Assembly: GCA_965203295.1 (NCBI GenBank)
Contig: CBDBCZ010000010.1
Location: 375,366-439,365 of the forward strand
Direction: 5' to 3'
Length of the DNA: 64,000 nt
Origin: Nitrospirales bacterium
GTDB taxonomy: Bacteria > Nitrospirota > Nitrospiria > Nitrospirales > UBA8639
The notes beneath the pieces were generated by a model. That model was given only the letters and a program-made list of their open reading frames with translations. It was not told the DNA's origin and did no database searches. Shown piece by piece: positions 36,591-48,307 of the stretch (positions within the stretch are counted from its first letter, which is position 1; each line of letters starts with the position of its first letter). The translations under genes were made by a program, and so were the position numbers.

Positions 36591-37884
36591 AACATTATAA
36601 TTATAAGTATACAATGGACTCGTGGCTGCTAGCTATTTATATGTGAAGGTAGTAGCAGTGGCTAACTAGGCAATGGTACCTGGCTATTAACTTTCAAGGC
36701 TATCAGGCGCTTGTAGTGAGCAATGGCAGCAAAGCGGCAGGAGGAGCGAGCAAGAAATCGACTCATTAAAGGTTCGCCAAATAATTGGAATATTAAATTT
36801 CTAAGCAGTTTATTAATGAATCATAGCGTAAGACTAGCCTCGTTCATAGGATGTACTCCGCACCTTTTGCGAGCGGTAAAAGCTGGGGTGTAGGCTTGGC
36901 CCGGGATTACGGTTGTAGATGCTGGGAGGGACAGTGTAAAAGTTGTCACGGAGTTGTGACACACTTTAGAAATCTGTTCATACATGGTACAGATTTATAC
37001 TTTCTCGTTCACTGGCTGGACGAAGAGGATTCAGACTCCGAGAAGCTATTTGACACTCTACCATCTTCAAAGATAATTAGTGATTTGGATGTGGATGTGC
37101 TGAATCTGGACACTGGTACTCAGTGTAAAGCCCTGTTTGATGGAACATATTATGATGTTGAGATTGTTGCTAAAGGTGAGTCAGTGTGTGCAAGTTCTAG
37201 CATGCCTGTTGTGTCAGCCACTTATGGGTGTTCAGTTTACATAATTGTTACATAATCAGCTTTGATGTTGCTCTTTGAAAGGCAGCAGTGCACAATATGC
37301 CACATACTAAGCCAGTAAAAAATATGCACCTAATTTATGTTGACTGTAAACCTGCAGGGAGGTATGCAGACATGATGCAGAAATTACAGACTCTCTCCCA
37401 GCCGAGCAGTAGCACTCTCCCACATGCAACACATTGCACCACTAACACACTTTCCCAACTGCTTGTCAGCACTACCCCCGTTCCCAGAACAGAGCCCAAT
37501 GCTTGCACTCTCCTTGAGACACAGCAGCAGCCCACCACTAAGTCTGTTCCTCAGCTGCTTGCCAACACGAACCCTCTCCGCCAGACAGAGCCCAACACTA
37601 GTGCTCTTCTTCAGTCACAGCCCAGCACTAGTGCTATTCCGCAGATGCTGCCTAGTAATCCCCTCCCTCAGACACAGTCTGGGAATCCCCAAAAGAATCT
37701 GAAAGCAACCTCAGGTGGTGAGTGCAGTGCAGTGCAGTGATATTTGTAACATAGAATTTTTTCTGAATGAGGTAGCGATTGTATCAGAGTATCTAAAGCA
37801 TAAGGTGTACGTTTCAGTAATGCATTGGATTTGTAATTCATAACTAGCATTATTGTTACAGCAGGTACTAGGTGAATGCAGAGC

Positions 37885-38055
37885 ATTGTGGGGCGAGCGT
37901 GAGCGAGTACATGCCTGAAGATGCTATAGCGCGTGATAATTTTGAAACGTGTGACAACAATCGGTGAAATAGGCATGCCAACAATTTCACGAAAGACCAT
38001 GCACGGACGCACAGGTGTACACTAAGGGGGGGGGCTCGCTCACGCTCGCCCCAAT
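37885..38055. mobile_element. Small intronic MITE-like element
   Basis: Perfect 18-bp inverted repeat GGGGCGAGCGTGAGCGAG / CTCGCTCACGCTCGCCCC. Confidence 0.7.
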
Positions 38056-38218
38056 TATTGCTGTGCACATAAGAATGTGACAATTGTTACAAGATCTTAA
38101 CTTTGCAGGTAAGAAGAGAGCAGCAGGCTCAAAGAAAGGTTTGCCATAACATTCTTTGTAAATTCATATTATGCTACCTCATAAACACTTGTGTTGCCTG
38201 AAATTGATCACCCCATAC

Positions 38219-38704
38219 TTAATGTACATTACCATGGAGACCACTTTTTCCCACACTTATAGCACTCAAAGGAGGCCACATACAGGGATCATTGCTATAC
38301 CAATGCATATTAAATCAATTAAAAGTCAGTTTGAGTGAAGGGTTAAAATCCTCAGCTTCCCCTCAGACTTTAAATTCCCCTCACCCAAACTGACCTTTTA
38401 ACTATTACTTATTCTGTCCAGACAGCAAGCCTAATTATAGTTGCTTGTACTAGTACTGTACATGTAGTTGTATGGGTACTTGAAAGGCATGGTGGCTTCT
38501 TCTCACAACTGTGAAACAGTTAGTGGGTCTGATAAGTATTACTTAAAGGTCAGTTGGTGGTGAAGCTGATGATTTTAACCCCTCACCCAAACTGGCCTTT
38601 AGCTGATTTAATGTACTTCGGTATAGCAATGATCCCTGTACGTGACTTTCTTTGAGTGCTATATATGCGTGGGAAAAAGTGGTCTCCATGGTAATGTACA
38701 TTAA
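38219..38704. mobile_element. TTAA-bounded foldback MITE in an intron
   Basis: TTAATGTACATTACCATGGAGACCACTTTTTCCCAC at the left end and its reverse complement at the right; imperfect arms extend ~130-190 bp. Confidence 0.85.
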
Positions 38705-41579
38705 AAGCTGTAGTCAAGAAAAGTTACTCCTTTGGGAATACATACAACTGCCCTACAATACAAATTCTATTCACATTGACCTTTACTAATATCAATGTAT
38801 TAGCCATTGCTGTATAAAATTCAATGCTAGTTTGTTTATATAGTTTTGTTACTTCTGCACAGCGACTTATTTGTTTCGAAGTGTTTGTATATCATGTGAC
38901 CCTATATGAACTGCAGTTGTAGATAGTTGTTGTTCCTGTAATAATCGGGTATTTAAGAAAGGAATGCCTGAGGAGCATAAATTCTTTGAACATGCTATGC
39001 TATCATTAATTTTACTTTTAATTTGTACTCACCTAATTTTCATTTACAGCTGTAGGCTCTCCAGCAAAGCGCCAGAAAAAGTCTGCTTCTACATTGGAAT
39101 CAGTGGTATGGTTTAAGTAGACTACAAATGATACAATTTACATATTGAAACCTCTTGTTCAATTTCATGTTAGGAAGCAAGAAAGGAAGCATTGGCTAGT
39201 AAAAAAAGAAAAGAGAAGGCCAAGGCTGCTGCTTGCAGTGAGACGACAGCAGAAATTTGCTTTGTCTGAGTCGCTAGATAAAGATACCAGCTCGTTGACA
39301 GGTCCACTACATGAACCTATCACAACCACTCTCTCTTCAATTCCCGTTACCTCTTCCGAAGTGATTGTGAGATCTCCAAATCCGACGCTGACATTTTCAA
39401 ACCATACCTTATGCACTGACCAAATGCAAGATCAGCCATGTCCACTAGGCCCTGGACTTGCATCCTCCAATCGTGACTTTCCAGGGTGGTACCAGCAAGG
39501 AAGTCCAGATTTCAGCTGCAGTTCAGCCCAGGATTTTGTCACCCCTTCTCCTGGGCATCGACCGAACATGTTTACTTCCTCCCACCCAGAGTTTCCCAAA
39601 AGCAAATTTTGCCTGCCAATACAGGGTTTCCATTTTCCCAAGACGTCTGTCCTTCTCCACGATATTCTGACACATCGAGCCGTACATGTAACTATTACAG
39701 TGAGTCCCCATCATCTCCTGCCTTATTCGGACTTTTTTCCCCACGATCTTCAGTGGAGCGTGACATGGTAAGTATTAATAGACTACAAGTTTTTGGATAT
39801 ATGAACTGACTACTTATTAAATCTTTCTCCTTTTCTAGGATACCACCAGCCTAATCCTGAATTTGCATCGCTGCTTGAAGACTGGCTTATCAGCCTTACA
39901 GGCAGACTTTAAGGCTGAGATAGCCACTCTCACTGCTGCCGTTTCCAGTCTTAGGGCCGAATCACTGATGCGTAGGCATCATCGCAAGGTGTGACATTTA
40001 ATTAGTACTTATACCATACTTAAGTCATTCTGTCCAATCAGCTTACAGTATTCGAGGGCTATAACGGTTCATATATCCCGTGCGCATACGTGATGTAGGT
40101 ACCCGGTTCCGTTTCATTCGTTCAAACGTCGAGAAGCTACGGTAGGTTAGTAGTTGGGGAGTCTAGGCGGGTTTTTTTTTACGCAGGCTATTCGAAAATC
40201 GATGCAGGAAAGCATGGTAAGCTACTGCTCTTTGTTTGTGGGTAGTTTTGTTGGATTTCCGTGTACCTGTGCATGTGGCCACACGGACAGCCTACTAAAA
40301 TGGCGCTAGGCGCTGGCTAGACAGCTAGCTGCCGTAGCTACTAGCAATCCATTGTGCTTGCTACGTCTAGTTAGAATGTTTTGCTACGTGTGGGTAGTAT
40401 TTTGCATTTTGAAAGCCTGCTGGCTTGCTGGTTTACCGTAATTTGTGCCAAACGGCACCTTTTGCAAGCTTTTGCCAAGCTGTAGTTCGTCCCACAGTTC
40501 TTATGCTTCACACAAATCTTGCAACTCTTGTCAGAATGACTTATGCATGGTATAAATTAGTTGTATCCCTGCCCAGCGGGATATAACCTATACTTATATA
40601 ATATACGAAGTTATTGTAAGATATTTGTCGCAGATGTCTGCAGGAGATGCAGCTGGGCCATCCAGGACCGATGATGTGGCAGTGTCCCAAGATGAGGCAA
40701 GGCCACCAGATGCAGGTTCTGAAGCAGGTATGTATAGTGTAGAGAGAATGTTGAACTCTTTGTTGCAAGCCATGCTACGTGCATATTCACATCAACATGT
40801 TTTCCTATATAGATGCTGGATGCTGGTTTGGGAATCCCAAGGGGATTGATGGTCTAGACAAAGTCTGGATTCCGAACATAATGCATGAGCAGCTGCTCTC
40901 AGCTGATAGCAGTCCTGATGCAGGAGAGCTGGGGCGTTCCCTTATGGCACTGGTGTTCACGACTGATGAATTGAAGTGGGGCAACTGCACAGATGCACGA
41001 ACGCCTGGGGTTTCAAAGCTCAACTCCATCAAGCTTCGTGCAATACGTGGTAATTTATATTTATATTAATACCCCGTTATATATATAGGCATGTCTTGGT
41101 GTGATGGTTCGAACCGTTGAAATTCTGCACTGGTGGCATACACATTTGCCGATGTATACTGAAAAAGGCATATTGGTGCATGCACCTGTGGGGTGATTCC
41201 CAAGCCCATGACTACGATGTGTTGATTCACACTATTATATAGTGGCTGCATTTTAGGTGTAGAGCATAGTGGTACCTTTGTTTCTCTATCTTTTTTCTTT
41301 GATCTCTAGTTCTTCTTGTTCTCATTAAATGCAGCCCACAATAACTACAGACTGCCTGTTGGGGCTTTCGAGTCGTCGGTGGAACGGGTTAGGTGGGAGA
41401 AGCTGCAAAAGAAGCAGCTAAATGCCTTCTGTCGGCGTCATCGTCCACCAAGTGCAAGAAACTCGAGCTCTGTGGAACCAGACATGGATGACTGATTATA
41501 GTGTTTTACCATGCATATGCATGCATGCATCGAGTTGTGAAAGAGTGTTGTGTACTATTAAAGAGTGTGTTGTGTCCTG

Positions 41580-42012
41580 CGATTTATAGCGCGCTGGTCT
41601 GCGCCGTATACGAGGGCACACCTTAGGAGGCGCCTGCAGGCGCGCCTGGTACTGTACAGTGCGCGCTGGCTAACTGCTGATTAATGACGTAAAGGCGAGG
41701 TCGTCGATGCGCCTTGATACGCTGTAATGCGCTGAGGTACGCTAGCGTTTGCGCGATAAAGCGCACCGTTACGCACCTAAGTGCAGGAAATGTTGCACGG
41801 GTAGGCTGTGTAGGCTTTGTAGTCAACTTCATTGGCAGATACGATGGTAACTGGCTCAGGAGAGAGACGGGGGCTTCAGCAGGATCGTCGATCTTTGCTG
41901 CCTGAGCGTCAAGACCACAGTACCGTGTCAAACTTACCATGTATCGGGTTATCAATCCTGAATCCATTCTAGGTTCCAATCCGCTGCCCTTTTTGCCTTC
42001 AGTGGCTGTAGC
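41580..42012 (-). mobile_element. Internal fragment related to the CTCATTGC MITE family
   Basis: ~41815-42010 is a reverse-complement homolog of ~30705-30905. Confidence 0.65.
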
Positions 42013-42164
42013 TGGTCACGTACACTGTTGCCATGTGACTTGATGGAGATTTGATCGACTAGACTGTTGGCGTACCATGTAGCTACTATGAGTAGTCGAG
42101 CACAGTTTCGAGTGAGTGGCTACTCATGCCTACCGAGCAGCTAACCGATTGAGAGTGGCACTAC

Positions 42165-44225
42165 ACGTCTGTGAGAAGGAAGCTGCCAGGACTAGAACAG
42201 CTGAAAGGAAATTGATAGGGGTAGAGCAGCTGCAAGGAGATCTAGTGCGACCCTCGAGGAGACAGCTGTGGAAAGGGAAGCTGCCAGGACTAGGGCAGCT
42301 GAAAGGAGATCGAGTGTGTCCCTCGAGAAGACAGCTGCTAGAAGGAAAATTGATGGGTGGAGCAGCTGAAAGGTCATCTAGTGAGTCCATCGAGGAGACA
42401 GCTGCTAGAAGGGAAATTGATAAGGGGAGAGAGAGCAGCTGAAAGGAGATTGGGTGAGTCCCTCGAGGAGACAGCTGCTAGAAGAGAAATTGAGAGGGGT
42501 AGAGCAGCTGAAAGGAGATCGAGTGAGTCCCTCGAGGAGACAGCTGCAAGGAGGGAATTTGATATGGGTAGAGCAGTGATTGTAGAGCTGAAGCTCAACG
42601 GCAGAGGAGTACTCTGGCAGGCATGATGTCCTCGACCAACGTAGGTTAGGCCGCCTAGCAGCAAATCGTGACAACTTCAGGCAATCCCTGTTGCTTGGGC
42701 CCCTATCTGCCACAGTTGTAGTAGGTACACCTATCCAAGTGGTGGCTTGTATGTTGGCTGTGATAATGCCCTGTTTCGGCCACTGCATAATTTTGCCAAT
42801 GGCCACATTCTACCTGAAGGTGAGGAGAGTGTGTGGGTGTGCACTCGTTGTAGGACCTCCCGGAAGAAATGCATGTAGCCCCAGTCCCCACTGAGTTGAG
42901 TTGCCTCAATATCACCGAAAAGAGGCTGATTTGTAGGGTCCAAGCCTTCATGAAGCTCATAGTACTACCACATGGGCAAAGGGCTATGCAGGGGCAGACC
43001 ATAAACTTCCCGGTCAATACCAGTCAACTTAGCAGTGCTCTGCCCAGGCCTGTAGACAGGGCAGGTATCATTCTGATAGCTCCTCCTCAGGGTAGCTCTT
43101 CTGACTTTACTGAGGTACAGAGGCCTACCCAGTACTATGCTGTTAGGAGGCCTTATGTATTTCGAGCCATCCGCTGGCTCAAGGCACACAATCAGTTGTA
43201 TAGAGATGTGGAGATTGCTGATGATAGCCTCTATGAGCCTAATCCTGACCCTCATCAGCAGCGGCCTCAGCAAGAGTCAGAAGAAGGATCCCGAGTTTGA
43301 GTCATTGGTCATAAGGAGGGATTTAACCCTACCTAATATTGATGTCCAAAATGTCATCACGAATGGAAATGCCCCTGTCCTTCAGATAGAGCGCATCCTT
43401 GGAGCTCTGGTGAACCTTTTCTCTGATAGAGAAGCAGAGCCGTTGGCATTTCCGTTCCTTTTCCCTGATGGTATTAATCGGTATCACACAGCACGACATT
43501 CATCCCCATCAACATTGGATTACTTCCAGACACGCCTACTGAGCAGTGATCTATTGCACGATAGCATTTCAGTCATCTTGCGTATGCATTGGTCAGGAGG
43601 ACGTGCCCGACAAAGACCTGTTGTCAACTGCCTGACAGCAGGCCATCTGCGGAAAGTATCAGACAATCCTGAGCTGTCTGAAAACTGTTATGCCTTCTTG
43701 CATAACATGAGGGAAACTATTGCGTACTGGCAAAGAGCCAAGTTTGACCTCTTTGCTATGTTCAGAACATTGGGTCCCCCTACTTTCTTTATCACTCACA
43801 GTGCCGATGACATGAACTGGCCTGATTTGCTAACCATCTTAGCAAAGCAGGCTGGCATGGAGGTGACTGAGGAGACCATTGCGCAACTTTCAACTGAGCA
43901 GAAGAGAGAGTTGTTGTGCAACAACCCTGTCACTACTGCTCAGCACTTCACCCATCGCTTCCAAACTTCGTCAAGCACATTTTCAAGGGCTCTGGAAGTC
44001 CAATTTGGGAAGTGGTTGACTACATTTGGAGGATGGAGGTTCAGTTGCGTGGTTCTCCTCACGTGCATTCATTGTGGTGGATGAAAGATGCACCAAACCT
44101 GCAGACTGTAGAAGGTCTGCGTGCTGCACCAGACTTTATTGACCAATACATCACCACACGGGTCCCTTCTGGATTCTTGCGATGATGAACTTCGTCGATT
44201 GGTTCTGCGTGTGCAAAAAGTGCAA
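42165..44225 (+). pseudogene. Helitron/Helentron RepHel transposase, N-terminal and Rep part, degenerate and truncated
   Basis: 23-aa STPR-like repeats; DUF6570-like PVPTELSCLNITEKRLI...QRAMQGQTINFP; AFPFLFPDG; YWQRAKFDLFAMFRTLGPPTFFITHSADDMNWPDL; HUH motif WRMEVQLRGSPHVHSLWW. Helicase absent. Confidence 0.9.
42175..42576 (+). repeat. ~69-bp coding tandem repeats (STPR-like, 23 aa)
   Basis: Unit RSSESLEETAARREIERGRAAER repeated about five times with indels. Confidence 0.85.
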
Positions 44226-44229
44226 CCTG

Positions 44230-44654
44230 AAAGAGGGGGGTGGGCGGATAATACGTAGTTTTTATAAATGCGATGTAGTATCCGCCCACTCGAATGTATT
44301 ACAAGCGCGCGGTATGCAAAGCGAGTATACAAGGTAAGTATAGCTTTTCTAGGCAAGTATCGCACCACAGTGAATGCAAATTGTATTGGACTACCAATTA
44401 TAGAAGCATGTAGACTACTATTATCCGCTAAAAAGCGAAGTGGCTGACGGACTTACTGTCGGTATTCCAATTAAAGCGCACTGAAGATCGAGTTTTGTTT
44501 GATTCTGCTCGTTGTCTTGGAATTTTCAGTTGTTAGTTACATGTTTAGCTTGCATGAATTGTATTTAAGAGTGGGCGGATACCAAGTACATAAATACCCT
44601 CCGACGTAACTTTGACTCAAAAAGGGGGGTGGGCGGATAATACATAGTTTACGG
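44230..44654. mobile_element. One-ended TA-type MITE remnant
   Basis: Ends TTTACGG|TA; repeated GGGGGGTGGGCGGATAATAC motifs. It starts where the Helitron ORF breaks off. Confidence 0.5.
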
Positions 44655-45399
44655 TACTCCGTATGTAGGGATGGGCCTTGAAAAAAATGGCTTCCCATTA
44701 AATGTGTACAAAATGACAGTCAGAACTCAGCTGTAGGTGTAGTCTAGGGGCTAATATGAGCCCTATCAGTCACTGGAGCGATACCATCACTAACCAGACT
44801 GCTGCTAAAGACCTGTGATGTACCAAACAGGCAAGTGGTTAAAACTGCACTATAGTCTATCTTCGTCAGATTCTTTCAGCCAGGCTAGCACAATAATGGG
44901 CGAAATGATTAGAAAGAATCCAACATGAAGGGGCATGATTAACCCTCGGGTAGTGCTTTTGGGCAGTGATAACGAGCACTCGAATGAACGCTTGCCACTC
45001 ACATGCATTTTACTGTAGGATGATATGCATGCGCAAATTGACTGCCAGCACGTGTTCAGTGGTCTATTTAAAGCCTACCTTGGATTGTGCTGTTCAATCC
45101 TTTTCTCGAGCGAAAATGGCTGGAATTCGTGTTTGCTGATCTCGGAATTACAAGGTACTTTGCAAGCAGTATGCCTAGTTTAACGACTCAGCTTATCAGC
45201 ATGTTCAGAGAGCCTGTGCACTTCCCACTGATGACAAATAGCAGATGTGTAGTTGCCAATGAAATCAGCAGCTCTGAATATGAAGGCAGTAATCGCCAGC
45301 AGCCTGTGAAATGGCACTGTAGTAGTGAGTGCAAAGCAGTCACTGAAACAGAAGTAGCTGCCATGGTTCACCTCAAGCAGGCATTTGATGACCTCAACA

Positions 45400-46612
45400 A
45401 CACCCAGTATCATTCCACTTGTACCAACACATTCACATACTTCCATACATCTGCAACACTATCCGTCACAACACTTCTTTATACACAATAAAACACCCAC
45501 ATGTGCATACATCCTTGCACACAAACACAAAACAATCCAAACTCAGAAATCTACCGGTCAACCCCACTCATAATAACATCAACACTCCATAACACTCCAA
45601 ACCCTTTCATGCCATCTCCCCCCAAAAAACGCTCCAAAAACAAGTTACAGAAAAAACACTTTCCAAAAAGTGCAAAAACCAGTCATGTAGGGATGCACTA
45701 CCAGCAAAAAACACTTCCCCAAAAACCAACGAAACAAGCGACAATGCACACCGGAAGGCGTGCACAGACTACCCACACATCACAGCGCGATGCATTTACC
45801 GCATACTTACCATCCCTACATCTTTCCAACCACACCCATCACAAACCATACCACACACCCACCCATACATAATACCCTTCAACACACCACCATTCACAAT
45901 CATCACCATCCTCAACCGTGATACCACAGCAACCACCCTCACATCCACATCCACGATTACATACTTCACAAAACACAATGCCCCACGCTACAGACAACCC
46001 AATTCTCCAGAGCAACACTACTCCCATCAAAATCCACTTTGCTCCATAAATCCCACTTACAAGCATAAACCAACCAGCCCACAACACACAACACTCCCAT
46101 GAATATCAATGCAACTAACCTTCACACCAACACGAACACACCCATCTCCACAACTCCCTATCTAGCTACACTTCACCGAACACTTGCACCCACATTGACC
46201 TCCCCTACAAAGAACATCCACATACACCACAACACTCACCTATGCATCTCCAAACACTCCCAATTCCCTATACAAACACCACCCTCAGCCACTCACTTGT
46301 CCAATATCTACACAATCAACACTTAATTTCACCTACCATGCGCCAACACACTCACTCATTAGCAGCACATACACACAGACACTACCACTATTCCCATCTC
46401 ACATAGATATCATTGGAGGGGTGTAGTTGGAAAGATGTAGGGATGGTAGGTACGCGATAGATGCATCACGCTGTGATGTGTGGGTAGTCTGTGCACGCCT
46501 TTCGGTGTGCATTGTCGCTTGTTTCGTTGGTTTTTGGGGAAGTGCTTTTTGCTGGTAGTGCATCCCTACATGACTGTTTTTTGCACTTTTTGGAAAGTGC
46601 TTTTAAGTAACT
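45400..46612 (+). repeat. C/A-rich dispersed repeat with ~190-bp inverted arms, copy C
   Basis: ~45642-45833 and ~46415-46612 are inverted copies flanking a G-depleted core. Homologous to 1300-2097. Confidence 0.85.
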
Positions 46613-46719
46613 TTGATCCCTGCTGCATTTTTGGTTTACCAATCCTGGTGTGTTTACTTAGTAACTAAAAATTCTGGGCACCTGGGTTAGCTTGTGGTCC
46701 ACACAGACTCTAGGTGTCT

Positions 46720-47200
46720 CATTAACCCTCGGCACGCATGCGCAGCGAGGGTTACAGTATTCAGTTTGTGTGTTTGTGTGTGTGTATCTGTTCCCTCACT
46801 AACAGCCTCGTCGTTAATGTACGGGTACAAAGTAAGGTACGAATCGAAAGAAAATGTAGTATTGAAGGTTTTTGAGTTGTGGATTTCGCTAAAAATACTT
46901 CCTTCGAAAGTTACGGCGTTATTTGCTCACCACAACAGACTTTGACGGCCAATGGATACATCAGATTTTTTACTGACTACTGGAAACTATTCGTAGGATA
47001 GCTGCTGTTTCTAACGCCGTCATATGCGACGACTCAAAATACTACACTGGCTAGCTAGCTCTATTGGCGTGTCAGACACGCCTCTTACGCGTGATGAATT
47101 TCAATTGATTCGCGACTGGAACTGGAACGGTAAATTGGGGTCCCGTATCGAGCTGCTGGTTATGAAGTCTCGTGCCCTGCTATCAGCTTGTAGCCTCCCA
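46720..47200 (+). mobile_element. Possible HINE/DINE-1-like non-autonomous element, 5' part
   Basis: TAACCCTCG...CGAGGGTTA subterminal inverted repeat followed by a (GT)n tract. Right boundary uncertain. Confidence 0.4.
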
Positions 47201-47592
47201 TGCATGAGATAATAAAGAGTAACAGACAATATAAAGTATTATGCTATCGATACAAAAAGAAGATACTATGGGACACAAAAACAAATCACTTAGAAACCTA
47301 TCATATACAAATATTGCAAAACGTAAGATTACAGTATTTGCTCTTATTTACTCATTCTAGATGCCAAAGTGTGCATAATGTATTTCACAATAATCACGCC
47401 GAGGGTTATGCACTTCAGTGCTTTCATTAAAAGGGTTGTAGGTGAAAGGGAGTGAAGTTGGTGGGTCTGTGGAAGGAGCATTACAGGTATTTTGGTATTG
47501 CGAGCTGGTTGTTAGAGTGTCAGTGTGTAACTGTCAGTATGTGTATGTGTGTGTGTTTGTGCATGTTTGTGTGTGTGTGTGTGTGTGTGTCA

Positions 47593-47942
47593 CAGTGGTT
47601 TAAGGTTGGTGGTTCGAATCCCACTGGTGACTAAATATTCTTTCCATCATTAATATTGTTTTGTGTGAAATACTATCATAATATTATCACCAGTACACAC
47701 CAGCCCACCCAGCTGTAATGAGTCCTGACATTTGCTGGGGTGCAAATTCAACTGCTCTCATGTATCAGCTTTGGCCCAGGTGGGATTTCGAGTGCCCACA
47801 CCAGATGCTAAGAGAAGCAGTCAGTCCTCCTGCGAGCTTCTAGCCTGGTTCCAAGAGTTTGCTAGCACTGGCTCAGAGTGATTGCTTAGTACACAAGCAG
47901 CCTGGCTTTGCCAGCTACACATGACCGCTTAACAACAGCAAC
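47593..47942 (+). mobile_element. tRNA-derived SINE remnant
   Basis: Pol III B-box GGTTCGAATCC (~47610), downstream CAGCCCACCCAGCTGTAA core-like motif and a short (AAC/AGC) tail. No complete cloverleaf. Confidence 0.5.
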
Positions 47943-47951
47943 AGAATTTGC

Positions 47952-48171
<220 letters not shown>

Positions 48172-48307
48172 CTTTTCACCACCCTCAATGTGTGTGGAAA
48201 ATAGGTAGTGGGTAGTGTATATGGAACTTGTGTCTTGCTGTGGAATGGGTCTTTGTGAAAATTTGTAGAATTCATGAGAGTGGGGTAGAATTCCATAGAT
48301 AATATAC

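Larger units (their letters stand above)
36723..41495 (+). pseudogene. Multi-exon BEN-domain protein gene (probable CACTA accessory gene), frameshifted
   Basis: Predicted exons 36723-36771, 36993-37175, 37358-37717, 38109-38138, 39050-39105, 39174-39767, ~39839-39988, ~40634-40727, ~40813-41049 and ~41335-41495 (GT-AG). C-terminus GRSLMALVFTTDELKWGNCT...KLNSIKLRAIR/AH...RWEKLQKKQLNAFCRRHR is BEN-like. Frameshifts in exon 6. Confidence 0.7.

Noticed and set aside
40047..40615. Possible TA-flanked MITE in a BEN-gene intron
   Set aside because: The left end TACAGTATTCGAG is plausible, but the right-hand inverted match is too degenerate to support.
47593..47635. tRNA gene
   Set aside because: Only a B-box/T-arm is present. 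The D and anticodon arms are missing and SINE-like sequence follows.
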